From positions 64,001 to 128,000 of the forward strand of contig CAWDSK010000001.1 of NCBI GenBank assembly GCA_963804995.1: DNA of 64,000 nucleotides, read 5' to 3'. The notes below the pieces were generated by a model. It saw only the letters and a program-made list of their open reading frames with translations, was not told the DNA's origin and searched no databases. The position numbers and the translations under genes were made by a program. This DNA is from an uncultured Acidobacteriota bacterium (GTDB lineage: Bacteria; Acidobacteriota; Terriglobia; UBA7540). This document shows positions 29,211 through 40,780 of this stretch, piece after piece (position 1 is the stretch's first letter; each line of letters starts with the position of its first letter).

Positions 29211-30212
29211 ATGATCAGGGTTGGTGTCATAGGGTTTGGCTATTGGGGGCCGAATGTCGTCCGGAACTTCCAGGGAATGGATGATTGCAAGGTTGTGGCA
29301 ATCTGCGATTCGGATCCTAATGCCTCCCGGCGTGCCAGTTCAGCCTATCCTGGTCTGGAGGTCACGAACGATTCCTCCCAATTGCTCGAGTCCACCCGGG
29401 TCGATGCCGTGACGGTGATCACACCGGTCTGGACGCATTTTGAGCTGGCCAAGAGGGCGCTCGAAAATGGCAAGCACGTTTTTGTGGAAAAGCCATTCAC
29501 TTCAACCTCGGCGCAAGCCGAAGAGCTGATCGAGTTGGCGGAGAAGAAGCACCTCAAGATCATGGTTGACCATACGTTCATCTATACGGGCGCCGTCAGG
29601 AAAATTCGGCAACTGATCGATGAGGATGTCTTGGGTCGGCTGTACTACTACGACTCCACCCGGGTAAACCTGGGACTGTTCCAGCATGACGTCAACGTCA
29701 TCTGGGATCTTGCTCCCCACGATTTGGCGATCATGGACTACCTCATCGAGGGCAAGCCCCAAGCTTTGGTCGCAACCGGGGCCGTGCACTTGAATGCCCA
29801 TGAGGACATGGCTTTTATCACGGTCTATTTCCCCAATAACGTCATTGCCCATGTCAACGTGAATTGGCTTTCCCCGGTGAAAGTCCGAACCACCTTGCTG
29901 GGTGGCGAAAAAAAGATGGTGGTCTGGAACGACCTCGAGGCTGACGAGAAAATCAAAGTGTACGACCGAGGCGTGCAGGTGGGCAATCGTCATGGAGTTT
30001 ACGAACTCCTCGTGAGCTATCGCTCGGGTGATATGTGGGCGCCCAAGGTGGATCAGACCGAAGCGTTGAAGCTGGAATCAGCGCACTTTATTGAGTGCAT
30101 CATGAACAACCTGCTCCCCGTTAACAATGGAGCAGCCGGTTATCGAGTTGTTAAGATGCTCGAAGCGGCGGATCTCTCGGTCAAGCAGCGCGGGAAGCTG
30201 GTCGAACTATGA
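29211..30212 (+). CDS. Gfo/Idh/MocA oxidoreductase (WbpB/WlbA-like sugar 3-dehydrogenase)
   Basis: VGVIGFGYWG, KHVFVEKP, WDLAPHD. Confidence 0.85.
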   Translation: MIRVGVIGFGYWGPNVVRNFQGMDDCKVVAICDSDPNASRRASSAYPGLEVTNDSSQLLESTRVDAVTVITPVWTHFELAKRALENGKHVFVEKPFTSTSAQAEELIELAEKKHLKIMVDHTFIYTGAVRKIRQLIDEDVLGRLYYYDSTRVNLGLFQHDVNVIWDLAPHDLAIMDYLIEGKPQALVATGAVHLNAHEDMAFITVYFPNNVIAHVNVNWLSPVKVRTTLLGGEKKMVVWNDLEADEKIKVYDRGVQVGNRHGVYELLVSYRSGDMWAPKVDQTEALKLESAHFIECIMNNLLPVNNGAAGYRVVKMLEAADLSVKQRGKLVEL

Positions 30213-30706
30213 ACGAGTACCAGTGCATTGCCCCGGACGTCAGGCTGGGAAAGGGCGTCAAGCTCTCTAAGTTTATCAACCTATATGGCTGCGAGATTGG
30301 CGAAGGCAGCAAGATTGGCGCCTTCGTCGAAATCCAGAAAAACGCCCGGATTGGCCGCAACTGCAAGATTTCGAGCCACACATTTGTCTGTGAAGGCGTG
30401 ACGATTGAGGACAATGTATTTGTCGGTCATGGGGTTGTGTTCATCAACGATACTTACCCACGCGCCACAATCCCGGAGGGCAATCTGCAAACCGAAGCGG
30501 ACTGGAAAGTCGAGACGACCGTCGTCAAGAAAGGGGCTTCCATCGGTTCGGGATCCACAATTCTCTCCCAGGTGGTCATCGGGGAGAACTCCCTTGTCGG
30601 AGCGGGCAGTGTCGTGACGAAAGATGTCCCTCCTGGTGCGATCGTCGTCGGGAGTCCTGCTCGCGTGTTGAGACTTATCTTTCCGGAAGTGAGTGCACCA
30701 AGATGA
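30209..30706 (+). CDS. Hexapeptide-repeat N-acyltransferase (WbpD/WlbB-like)
   Basis: Left-handed beta-helix repeats; FINDTYPRA; GAGSVVTKDVP..VGSPAR. Confidence 0.88.
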   Translation: MNEYQCIAPDVRLGKGVKLSKFINLYGCEIGEGSKIGAFVEIQKNARIGRNCKISSHTFVCEGVTIEDNVFVGHGVVFINDTYPRATIPEGNLQTEADWKVETTVVKKGASIGSGSTILSQVVIGENSLVGAGSVVTKDVPPGAIVVGSPARVLRLIFPEVSAPR

Positions 30707-31923
30707 GCCGAGCAGACGGTATTCCATTTGTAGATCTTGTCCCGCCGCACGTCGAGCTTGAAGAGGAGCTCGTGGCGGTCGTGAAAAAGGCTTTGCGGAC
30801 CGCAGGCTTCATCGGCGGTCCCATGGTGGAGGAGTTTGAACGGGAATTCGCGAAGTTCTGCGATGTGCCTTATTGTGTTGGAGTGAGTAGTGGGACGGAC
30901 GCGCTGAGGTTCGCGCTCATGGCCGCAGGCGTGAGCCCCGGTGACAGCGTCGTCACCGTCCCCAACACCTTTATCGCCACGACCGAAGCCATCTCGCAGG
31001 CCGGGGCGCGCCCTGAATTCGTTGATATTGACCCGCGGACTTATAACCTGGATCCCTTCAAGCTGCGCGCGTACCTGGAGACTGGCTGCGACCTGGACGG
31101 GCTGACGGGCAAGCTCATCAGCCGAAAGATAGGGAGGCCCATCACGGCTGTCGTGCCGGTGCATTTGTACGGTCAGATGGCGGCGATGGATTCCATTCGG
31201 GAGTTGGCCGAACGCTACGGATTGATCGTCATCGAGGACGCCTGCCAGGCTCACGGCTCTGAATACTTTTCGGCGAAGGAGAATCGCTGGCGAAAAGCTG
31301 GGTCCGTGGGCGATGCGGCGGCGTTCAGTTTCTACCCTGGGAAGAACCTGGGGGCTTGTGGAGAAGGAGGGGCTGTTACCACCCACGACGAACAAATTGC
31401 GTGTAAGGTGCGCATGTTACGCGACCACGGCCAGGCTCAAAAGTACTACCACAACATGGAAGGGTACAATGGCCGGTTGGACGCGATTCAAGCCGGCATG
31501 TTGACGGTGAAGCTGCGGCGGCTTTCAGCATGGAATGCGCAGCGGCGTGAGATTGCCGCCCGATATAACGAATTGTTTGGATCTTTGCGCGACGCCCTGA
31601 CGATTCCTTATGAGCCCAATTGGGCCAAGTCGAACTACCACCTCTACGTTATACAAGTTCGGACCCGAGATGAACTTAGGTCCTATCTCTCCGAAGCCCA
31701 TGTTGGCACTGGAATCCACTACCCGATCCCCCTGCACTTGCAGAAGGCCTACGAGTATCTCGGTTACACCCAGGGAAGTTTCCCGGTAACGGAAAAGGCC
31801 GCCTCCGGAATCCTCTCGCTCCCCCTGTATCCTCAGCTTGGCCAGGAAGATCAGAGGCATGTTGCAGCCCAGGCATGCGAGTTTGTCGAGGCCACCACGG
31901 CGCCCGCGGCCGCCCGAGCGTGA
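30703..31923 (+). CDS. DegT/DnrJ/EryC1/StrS PLP aminotransferase (WbpE/WlbC-like)
   Basis: SSGTDAL, PVHLYGQ, IEDACQAHG, FSFYPGKNLGACGEGG. Confidence 0.92.
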   Translation: MSRADGIPFVDLVPPHVELEEELVAVVKKALRTAGFIGGPMVEEFEREFAKFCDVPYCVGVSSGTDALRFALMAAGVSPGDSVVTVPNTFIATTEAISQAGARPEFVDIDPRTYNLDPFKLRAYLETGCDLDGLTGKLISRKIGRPITAVVPVHLYGQMAAMDSIRELAERYGLIVIEDACQAHGSEYFSAKENRWRKAGSVGDAAAFSFYPGKNLGACGEGGAVTTHDEQIACKVRMLRDHGQAQKYYHNMEGYNGRLDAIQAGMLTVKLRRLSAWNAQRREIAARYNELFGSLRDALTIPYEPNWAKSNYHLYVIQVRTRDELRSYLSEAHVGTGIHYPIPLHLQKAYEYLGYTQGSFPVTEKAASGILSLPLYPQLGQEDQRHVAAQACEFVEATTAPAAARA

Positions 31924-31997
31924 GTTAGCAACACATCTGAACGTGGTCCTAAATCTCAACGTCCCCCCTCATCTGCTGGAGAATAGGCTCTTCAAGA

Positions 31998-33389
31998 ATG
32001 GAACAAAGCATGCCAGATGCCGGTCCTGCGGATGCCGCTGTCCGTGAAACCGACGAAGATACGAGCCCTAGCCGCATGAGTCACGGGGGAGCAGCGCGGC
32101 CAGAGCCCGCAACGAAAGGTGACGGGAAAGCCTGCCAAGGGTTCTCGCGCCGGATAGCGACTTTGAAAGACGTTGTGGACTGGGGTCTATGTACCGGCTG
32201 CGGGGCCTGCTATTACGCCTGCCCCAAGCAAGGAATCTCCCTGGTGAATATCGAATCGGTCGGAATTCGGCCGCGGTTTGACTCCGCCGCATGCGCGGGA
32301 TGCACTGATTGCCTCTCCATCTGTCCTGGCTATTCGGTGGATGGCGAGTTGGCCACAGGCCATTTTCTTAACGAGGCCGAAGCTCACCCTTCGGTCGGTC
32401 CTGTATTGGAGGTTTGGGAGGGGTATGCCAGCGATCCTGAGATTCGCTATCAGGGGTCGTCTGGGGGAGTGCTGTCAGCGCTGGCGCTCTACTGCCTGGA
32501 ATGCGAAGACATGGAGTTTGTGTTGCACACGGGAGTGGATGAGGCAAAGCCTTGGGCCAACAGAACCGTCCAAAGCAGGAATCGAAGCGAAATTCTGGCG
32601 CGAACGGGATCTCGCTACGCGCCCGCTTCTCCCTGTGACGGGCTGGGCCTGATTGAAAAGAGCCCCCGGCCCTGCGTGTTTGTGGGAAAGCCTTGCGATA
32701 CGGCCGCGGTGACCATGCTCCGCAACCAGCGCCCGGATCTGGATCGAAAGCTCGGGCTGGTCCTCACGTTCTTTTGTGCCGGGACCCCGAGCACTCAAGG
32801 GACACTCGATTTGCTGAAGAGGCTGGATGTTCCTCTCCAGGAAGTGACTTCTGTGCGTTACCGGGGCGAGGGCTGGCCCGGAGAGTTCAAGGTGCGTTCC
32901 CAGAACGAGGCGCCTGGAAAGTCGTTGTCCTATGCGGAGTCATGGGGACGTCTCACCGGATACCGACCCTTGCGATGCCATCTTTGCCCCGATGGCTTGG
33001 GGAGGGTGGCGGACATTTCCTGTGGGGACGCTTGGGAAAGACTGGATAATGGCTGGGACGCGGGGCGCTCGATTGTCGTCGTACGGACCGAGATAGGCCA
33101 GGAAATTCTGCACAGAGCCATGGCTGCGAAGTATGTAGAACTGGAGCCGGTAGGACCAGCCGCTGTTTTGGCGGCCCAGCCAAATCAAATCGCGAGGCAC
33201 CGGGAGCTATTGAGCAGGTTGCTGGGGATGCGGCTACTGTTTGTTCCTGTTCCGAGGTTTGTGGGGTTCTCGCTCTTTAACACTTGGAGTGAGTTGCCCT
33301 TCTTGAGAAAGGTGCGGACCATCCTCGGAACCATAAGACGGGTGGCCTTACGAGGCTTGTGGCGGAGACGCCCGATCCTCCAAGGGTGA
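31998..33389 (+). CDS. Coenzyme F420 hydrogenase/dehydrogenase beta-subunit-family (FrhB/FdhB-like) Fe-S protein
   Basis: CTGCGACYYACP and CAGCTDCLSICP ferredoxin motifs; SSGGVLS, GSRYAP, FVGKPCD, CHLCPD, ADISCGDAW. Confidence 0.85.
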   Translation: MEQSMPDAGPADAAVRETDEDTSPSRMSHGGAARPEPATKGDGKACQGFSRRIATLKDVVDWGLCTGCGACYYACPKQGISLVNIESVGIRPRFDSAACAGCTDCLSICPGYSVDGELATGHFLNEAEAHPSVGPVLEVWEGYASDPEIRYQGSSGGVLSALALYCLECEDMEFVLHTGVDEAKPWANRTVQSRNRSEILARTGSRYAPASPCDGLGLIEKSPRPCVFVGKPCDTAAVTMLRNQRPDLDRKLGLVLTFFCAGTPSTQGTLDLLKRLDVPLQEVTSVRYRGEGWPGEFKVRSQNEAPGKSLSYAESWGRLTGYRPLRCHLCPDGLGRVADISCGDAWERLDNGWDAGRSIVVVRTEIGQEILHRAMAAKYVELEPVGPAAVLAAQPNQIARHRELLSRLLGMRLLFVPVPRFVGFSLFNTWSELPFLRKVRTILGTIRRVALRGLWRRRPILQG

Positions 33390-33422
33390 ATCTGCGCTTT
33401 GGACCCTAGCGCGCATTTCTCA

Positions 33423-35342
<1,920 letters not shown>

Positions 35343-35554
35343 CCACGCTTGGATACTCTAAAGGAATTGCCGGAAGGGCGGCGCTGAAGCCCCGCCCTTC
35401 CAAACCCGTCGTGAGATATCCGGGCTAGCTGGGATGGCTTCAATCCTTTTATCGCGCGATACCTGAAGTGGAGGATAGAGCTTTTATCGATTAGGTGAGA
35501 AAGCAGCAGATGCGGCGACTCTTGCTGCAAGACAGCATCTGAAAATGAATCGGT

Positions 35555-36280
35555 ATGGTGACGGAACCTGTAACCCCCACTGACGAACTTACATACTGGG
35601 AAAGGGTAAATCTAACCACGAAGTGGGGCCGCTATTTGACCGAAATTGAGACCCGTACGGTTGTCTCGGCAACCAAAACGGCTGGCGGCCCCGGAACTGT
35701 ACTCGAAATTGGCACTGACGGCGGACGATGGTCCGGGGCTCTAATGAATCAGGGGTGGAAAGTCATCTGCACCGATGTTCGGCCCGAGGCCCTGGAGATA
35801 TGCCAACGCAGACTGCCGGGGGCGAAATGCATTCTTGTAAGACCAACAGATACGAGCTTGCCCTGCGCCACAGACACCCTAAATTTGGTTCTTTGTATGG
35901 AGGTTGATGCGGTAACCAGTTCTGAATGGTTCATCGAGGAAGCTTCGCGAGTTCTGACGGCTGGCGGGATCCTGGTGGCTACGATAAACAATAGGTCCTC
36001 CCTTAGAGCTGCCTTTCACGAGGCGTTCAGGCCCGGTGACGCGATCACAAGAAAAGAGCTGGGATTCTACCAGATTAGCTATCGTGACCGTAGAACGAGG
36101 CTCTTGCGATGTGGATTCGAGGTCATTCATGAGGAAGGCTGCTGCTGGTCCCCATTCCCACGCGATAGCAACTCTTTCCTCGTACCCCACTTTGTGCGAT
36201 TTGAGAAATATTTAGGCCTCAGGAGACTGACGAGCCTTAGTCCTTGGGTTGTCTTTGCGGCCCAGAAGGGACAGGCCTAG
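35555..36280 (+). CDS. Class I SAM-dependent methyltransferase
   Basis: VLEIGTDGG motif I; EASRVLTAGG. Confidence 0.8.
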   Translation: MVTEPVTPTDELTYWERVNLTTKWGRYLTEIETRTVVSATKTAGGPGTVLEIGTDGGRWSGALMNQGWKVICTDVRPEALEICQRRLPGAKCILVRPTDTSLPCATDTLNLVLCMEVDAVTSSEWFIEEASRVLTAGGILVATINNRSSLRAAFHEAFRPGDAITRKELGFYQISYRDRRTRLLRCGFEVIHEEGCCWSPFPRDSNSFLVPHFVRFEKYLGLRRLTSLSPWVVFAAQKGQA

Positions 36281-36449
36281 ATCCATTCATGGTGCACATC
36301 GTTGCAATTTTTCCATGGCCGCTCAGCGAGTCTATCGGGCACGCCCTCCGGGATGGGGAGCACGGCATATCCCCTATGTCCGTTCTGCGAAGCAAAGAGA
36401 TTTCTGATTCCTGCCTTGGGATTCCCGCCGCAGGGAAGGAGATCTAAAG

Positions 36450-37652
36450 ATGCGGGTCTGCATGCTGTCCTATTCGTTTTACGGAGACGACACACGCGTG
36501 CAGCAATATGCCAGCGCTCTTGTGGAACGCGGGGACGAAGTGGATGTTCTCGCTTTGAGTCGAGAAGGGTACCCGGCGGAAGAGGTTGTAGATGGCATGA
36601 AAGTCTTTAGGATCCAATCCAGGAGGCGTGACGAGCGCGGGCCACTTGCTTACCTTTACAGGGTCGTTCGCTTCCTAATTCGCTCCTCGATCATTATGAC
36701 CAGGCAGCACAGGGCCCGCCCCTATGATCTCATTCACGTTCACTCGGTTCCGGATTTCCTGGTTTTTGCGGCCTTGATTCCGAAATTGTCGGGAGCCCGA
36801 GTCATTCTGGATATCCACGACATTCTTCCGGAACTCTATGCGAGTAAGTTCAAGGTGAGCCAATCTTCCTTTGTATTCCGGCTCCTGAAACTCATTGAGA
36901 GATGCTCGATTGGCTTTGCGCATCACGTGATCATTGCCAATCACCTGTGGTACGAATGCCTCATCTCGCGATCGCTACGGCGCGAAAAGTGCACGCCCAT
37001 TTGCCACTACCCTGACTTGCGTTGTTTCTTCCCACACGCCAGAACCAGAACTGACGGGAAGTTCATCATGATGTATCCCGGAACGTTGAACTGGCATCAG
37101 GGATTGGATGTGGCGGTCAAGGCATTTGCAAAGATCGTCAATCAGGCCCCCAACGCGGAATTTCATATCTATGGTGAAGGTCCGACCAAGTCCATGCTGG
37201 CAGACCTCGCTCAAAACTTGGGATTAGACGGCAGAATTTATTTCTACGATTTTAAGCCAACACATGACATTGCCCAGATCATGAGTCAGGCCGATTTGGC
37301 CGTGGTTCCAAAACGCGCCGATTCCTTCGGGAATGAAGCGGTGAGCACGAAAGTCTCGGAATTCATGGCGCTTGGGATCCCCGTGCTTCAGTCGCGGACC
37401 AAAGTGGGAACCTACTACGATACGGAGTCCAGAGTGAGGTTTTTCGAGTCCGAGAACGTGGATGACCTGGCGAAGTGCATGCTCTTGCTCATCCGCGATC
37501 GACCACTCAGGGAGCGTCTGGCTGCTGCTGCCTTGGAATATGTGAAGGAAAACAACTGGGCGGTCAAGAAGTATGAGTACCTCGAACTAGTGGATTCGCT
37601 GACGGGTCGGGGCACCGGTCGTGAAGAGACGCGCGTCCCGGCGGTTGTCTGA
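36450..37652 (+). CDS. Glycosyltransferase family 4
   Basis: DTRV, LDIHD..PE, YPGTL..HQGLD, STKVSEFMALGIPV. Confidence 0.88.
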   Translation: MRVCMLSYSFYGDDTRVQQYASALVERGDEVDVLALSREGYPAEEVVDGMKVFRIQSRRRDERGPLAYLYRVVRFLIRSSIIMTRQHRARPYDLIHVHSVPDFLVFAALIPKLSGARVILDIHDILPELYASKFKVSQSSFVFRLLKLIERCSIGFAHHVIIANHLWYECLISRSLRREKCTPICHYPDLRCFFPHARTRTDGKFIMMYPGTLNWHQGLDVAVKAFAKIVNQAPNAEFHIYGEGPTKSMLADLAQNLGLDGRIYFYDFKPTHDIAQIMSQADLAVVPKRADSFGNEAVSTKVSEFMALGIPVLQSRTKVGTYYDTESRVRFFESENVDDLAKCMLLLIRDRPLRERLAAAALEYVKENNWAVKKYEYLELVDSLTGRGTGREETRVPAVV

Positions 37653-37761
37653 GAAGGGCCGGCCGGTGCTCTTCGGATCTTCCACCAGGGATCCTTGACG
37701 AATTCGCTGGCTTGCCCTTGCGCGCCGCTGGTTCGCCTCCCTTTGTCCAAGCCGAAACCCG

Positions 37762-38604
37762 ATGCTAAATTTCCATTTCGACCGCACCCTCAGCGTCTAC
37801 TTGTGTCACCCATTCGCGCGGGGACGCGACGGAGGCCGCCGGCTGCGCATCCCGATTCTGATGTACCACGGCATCAGGGAAGGGAGCGAGGGTCATCATC
37901 CTTACTATGAAACGAACACGTCTCCCCGGGTTTTTGCCCAGCACATGAAGTTTCTCCACGAAAACGGTTATAGGGCACTGGGGTGGGACGAGGTACTGCT
38001 GGATTCGGCTGGATGTCCTCCCCCCAAATCTGTGGTCATTACTTTTGACGATGGATATGCGGATTTCTATCGCCACGCATTTCCCATCTTGAGCCAGTGC
38101 AGTTTTACCGCTACCGTGTTCGTGATAACGGCGCTTCTGAAGCCCCAGAGGATGTATTTCAAGGGGACCGAATGTCTGACTTTATCGGAAGTCCGCGAGT
38201 TACATTCCCAAGGTATTAGCATCGGCTCCCATACCGTCACCCACCCCCAACTCAAGTTCTTGAAGCAGGACGAAGTGGAGAACGAGCTATCCGGGTCGAA
38301 GAAGTCCCTGGAGGACGCGCTGGGGGCTCCCGTCAAATCCTTCGCCTACCCGTTCGCGTTTCCGGAGGCCGACCGCGGGTTTGTGAGCAGGCTGGCGGAC
38401 CTCCTGAACAAGTGCGGTTACGAGAATGGTGTAACCACCATCGTGGGGACCGCCAAACCCGGCGCCAACCGATGGTTTTTGCCGCGATTGCCCGTCAACT
38501 CCTGGGATGATCTCCGCTTCTTCCGCGCCAAACTCGAGGGCGCCTATGACTGGCTGCATGGCCCCCAATATCTTGTCAAAACCCTCGAAGGCTTCCTGTC
38601 GTAA
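37762..38604 (+). CDS. Polysaccharide deacetylase (NodB/CE4)
   Basis: PILMYH, VITFDDGY, IGSHTVTH, FAYPF. Confidence 0.9.
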   Translation: MLNFHFDRTLSVYLCHPFARGRDGGRRLRIPILMYHGIREGSEGHHPYYETNTSPRVFAQHMKFLHENGYRALGWDEVLLDSAGCPPPKSVVITFDDGYADFYRHAFPILSQCSFTATVFVITALLKPQRMYFKGTECLTLSEVRELHSQGISIGSHTVTHPQLKFLKQDEVENELSGSKKSLEDALGAPVKSFAYPFAFPEADRGFVSRLADLLNKCGYENGVTTIVGTAKPGANRWFLPRLPVNSWDDLRFFRAKLEGAYDWLHGPQYLVKTLEGFLS

Positions 38605-38633
38605 GCAGGGTGCGGAGTGGATTTGAATTTACC

Positions 38634-38714
38634 GCCCTCTCCCCCAAGGGGGCGAGGGAAGAAGGGTTCTTGGAGTTGGTGCTGCAATCGAGAGCCTCTC
38701 ACCCAGGGGGAGAG
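38634..38714. repeat. CCCTCTCCCC...GGGGAGAGG-type intergenic palindromic repeats
   Basis: Two related short hairpins CCCTCTCCCCCAAGGGGGCGAGGG and CCTCTCACCCAGGGGGAGAGG. Confidence 0.5.
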
Positions 38715-38746
38715 GTCACTGACGGTCGAATACTGAGAACTGACAG

Positions 38747-39637
38747 ATGAACTCCGTGAATTCTGGCAAACAGACCCGATACGTCATCATCACGCCTGTG
38801 CGCGATGAGGCGCAGCATATCGAAGAGACCATCAAGAGTGTCACTCAGCAGACCATCAAGCCAACCGAATGGGTGATCGTGGACGACGGTTCCACCGACG
38901 GCACCTGGGAAATTATCGATCGTCTATCTGTCGAATGGCCTTGGATAAGACCCTTCCATCAGCCTAACAGAGGTTTTCGCGATGCCGATACGGGTGCAGT
39001 CGGCGCCTCTCTTGCGGGGTATCGGTTCCTCAAATCGGCGGACTGGGAATTCCTCGTCAATCTGGACGGAGATCTCAGTCTGGAATCTCAGTATTTTGAG
39101 AAGTGTTTCAGGGAGTTTGAAAAAGACCCAAGGTTGGGAATTGGCGGGGGATCGCTATACCATTTCAACGGTTCGGGTGCTAGGGAAGATGAGGCCTGCC
39201 CGCGATTTCACGTGCATGGTGCAACCAAGATCTACCGGCGAGCGTGCTGGGATGCCTTCGGGGGCTTGGCGGCGGTTCCCGCCTGGGATACGTTCGATGA
39301 AGTCAAGGCACACATGGCCGGCTGGCGCGTTCGGAGCTTTCCAAATTTGAGGGCTCTCCACCGGCGGCCTACGGGCGCCTCAAGCGGCGCGTGGCGCGAC
39401 TCCGTCAAGAACGGTCGCTGCGACTATTTCCTCGGTTACCACCCGGTGTTTATGCTTCTGAAGTGCCTCCGCCGAATCTTCCAGAAACCGTTTCTGGTCA
39501 TCGGAGCCGGCCATCTTTACGGTTTCATCAGAGGCTACCTTGATCGACGGCCGCAAGTTGAGGATGCAGCATTGATTCGGTACGTTCGGCGGCAGCAAAT
39601 GCGGCGTCTACTCCTTATGGGGTCGATGTGGAAGTAG
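38747..39637 (+). CDS. Glycosyltransferase family 2
   Basis: IITPVRDE, IVDDGSTDGT, NLDGD. Confidence 0.9.
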   Translation: MNSVNSGKQTRYVIITPVRDEAQHIEETIKSVTQQTIKPTEWVIVDDGSTDGTWEIIDRLSVEWPWIRPFHQPNRGFRDADTGAVGASLAGYRFLKSADWEFLVNLDGDLSLESQYFEKCFREFEKDPRLGIGGGSLYHFNGSGAREDEACPRFHVHGATKIYRRACWDAFGGLAAVPAWDTFDEVKAHMAGWRVRSFPNLRALHRRPTGASSGAWRDSVKNGRCDYFLGYHPVFMLLKCLRRIFQKPFLVIGAGHLYGFIRGYLDRRPQVEDAALIRYVRRQQMRRLLLMGSMWK

Positions 39638-39650
39638 TGCCGTTGGTTCT

Positions 39651-39706
39651 CTGTTGCGGCGCTCTATGAGCGCCGAAAATCCGGCGGTCGTAGACCGCCG
39701 CTACAG
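39651..39706. repeat. Inverted REP doublet (REPIN-like)
   Basis: CTGTTGCGGCGCTCTATGAGCGCCG and inverted CTGTAGCGGCGGTCTACGACCGCCG (21/25 identical), each a hairpin preceded by GT(T/A)G. Confidence 0.7.
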
Positions 39707-39739
39707 CAGGGGTTGTCCATGCGGAAGTGGATAGAGACC

Positions 39740-40681
39740 ATGGATCTCTCCATTATCATCGTCAATTGGAATTCAGCAGGATTTGCGACCCAATGCCTTT
39801 CCAGCATTTATTCTCAGACGCACGACTTGGGGTTCGAAGTCCTGGTTGTCGATAACGCTTCTACGGACGATTCATGTTGGGTCATTCAAGACCGCTGCCC
39901 CTCGGTCACGCTGATCCGTAGCCCCCAAAACCTCGGTTTTGCCAGGGCGAACAATCTGGGGTTCCAGAACTCCTCGGGACGTATTCTGCTGTTCCTTAAC
40001 CCGGACACTGAATTGCGTGGCCCGGCCATTAATCTGATGCAGGCTTGCCTCGACTCTTCGGCAGACATCGGGGTTTTAGGCTGCCGGCTCCTGAATTCGG
40101 ACCTAAGTGTGCAGACCAGTGCCATCCAGCCCTTCCCGACGATCCTGAACCAGCTTGCCGACCTTGAGCAGTTGCGGCGGCTCACTCCCCGGCTGAACTT
40201 GTGGGGCATGCGGCCCCTGTTCGAATCTGACCACGGAAGACCCGTCGAAGTGGAGGCGGTGTCCGGGGCCTGCATTATGGTTAAAAGGCAAATCTTCGAA
40301 CAAGTGGGCAAGTTCAGCACCGACTACTTTATGTACGCGGAAGACCTCGACCTCTGCTACAAAGTCAAGAAGGTTGGGAAAAAAGTCTGTTACCTGGGCG
40401 CGGCGACCATCGTGCATCATGGCGGGCAGAGTTCCAAGCAACGGGGCGGGGAGGCCTTTGCCGGCCCCTTAATGAAGGAGGCGTCGCTGAGGTTTTTGCA
40501 AAAGACGCGCGGGCCTTTCTATGCGGCTCTCTATCGTCTCGCCATGTTCCTGATTTCCATCCTCCGCATCGCCGTCCTGGGAGTGCTTATACCCATTCCC
40601 TCCGCAAGACTCGACAAAGAGTCCCTCCGCCACTCGCTGGCAAAATGGTGCAGGATTCTGCGCTGGAGCGTGGGGCTCTGA
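39740..40681 (+). CDS. Glycosyltransferase family 2 (WbbL-like)
   Basis: SIIIVNWN, VVDNASTD, NLGFARANN, FLNPD, FMYAEDLD. Confidence 0.9.
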   Translation: MDLSIIIVNWNSAGFATQCLSSIYSQTHDLGFEVLVVDNASTDDSCWVIQDRCPSVTLIRSPQNLGFARANNLGFQNSSGRILLFLNPDTELRGPAINLMQACLDSSADIGVLGCRLLNSDLSVQTSAIQPFPTILNQLADLEQLRRLTPRLNLWGMRPLFESDHGRPVEVEAVSGACIMVKRQIFEQVGKFSTDYFMYAEDLDLCYKVKKVGKKVCYLGAATIVHHGGQSSKQRGGEAFAGPLMKEASLRFLQKTRGPFYAALYRLAMFLISILRIAVLGVLIPIPSARLDKESLRHSLAKWCRILRWSVGL

Positions 40682-40780
40682 AGCGTGGACGCGGCAAATG
40701 GGGAAACCCGCCGCGAGCCAGCCAACAGGATCGTGAGTTTGAAGGCGACCAACGGATAGCGTGGATCACTAAACCCAATC

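Noticed and set aside
31998..33389. Evidence for an F420-reducing hydrogenase or methanogenesis
   Set aside because: No catalytic or partner subunits nearby; context is polysaccharide biosynthesis
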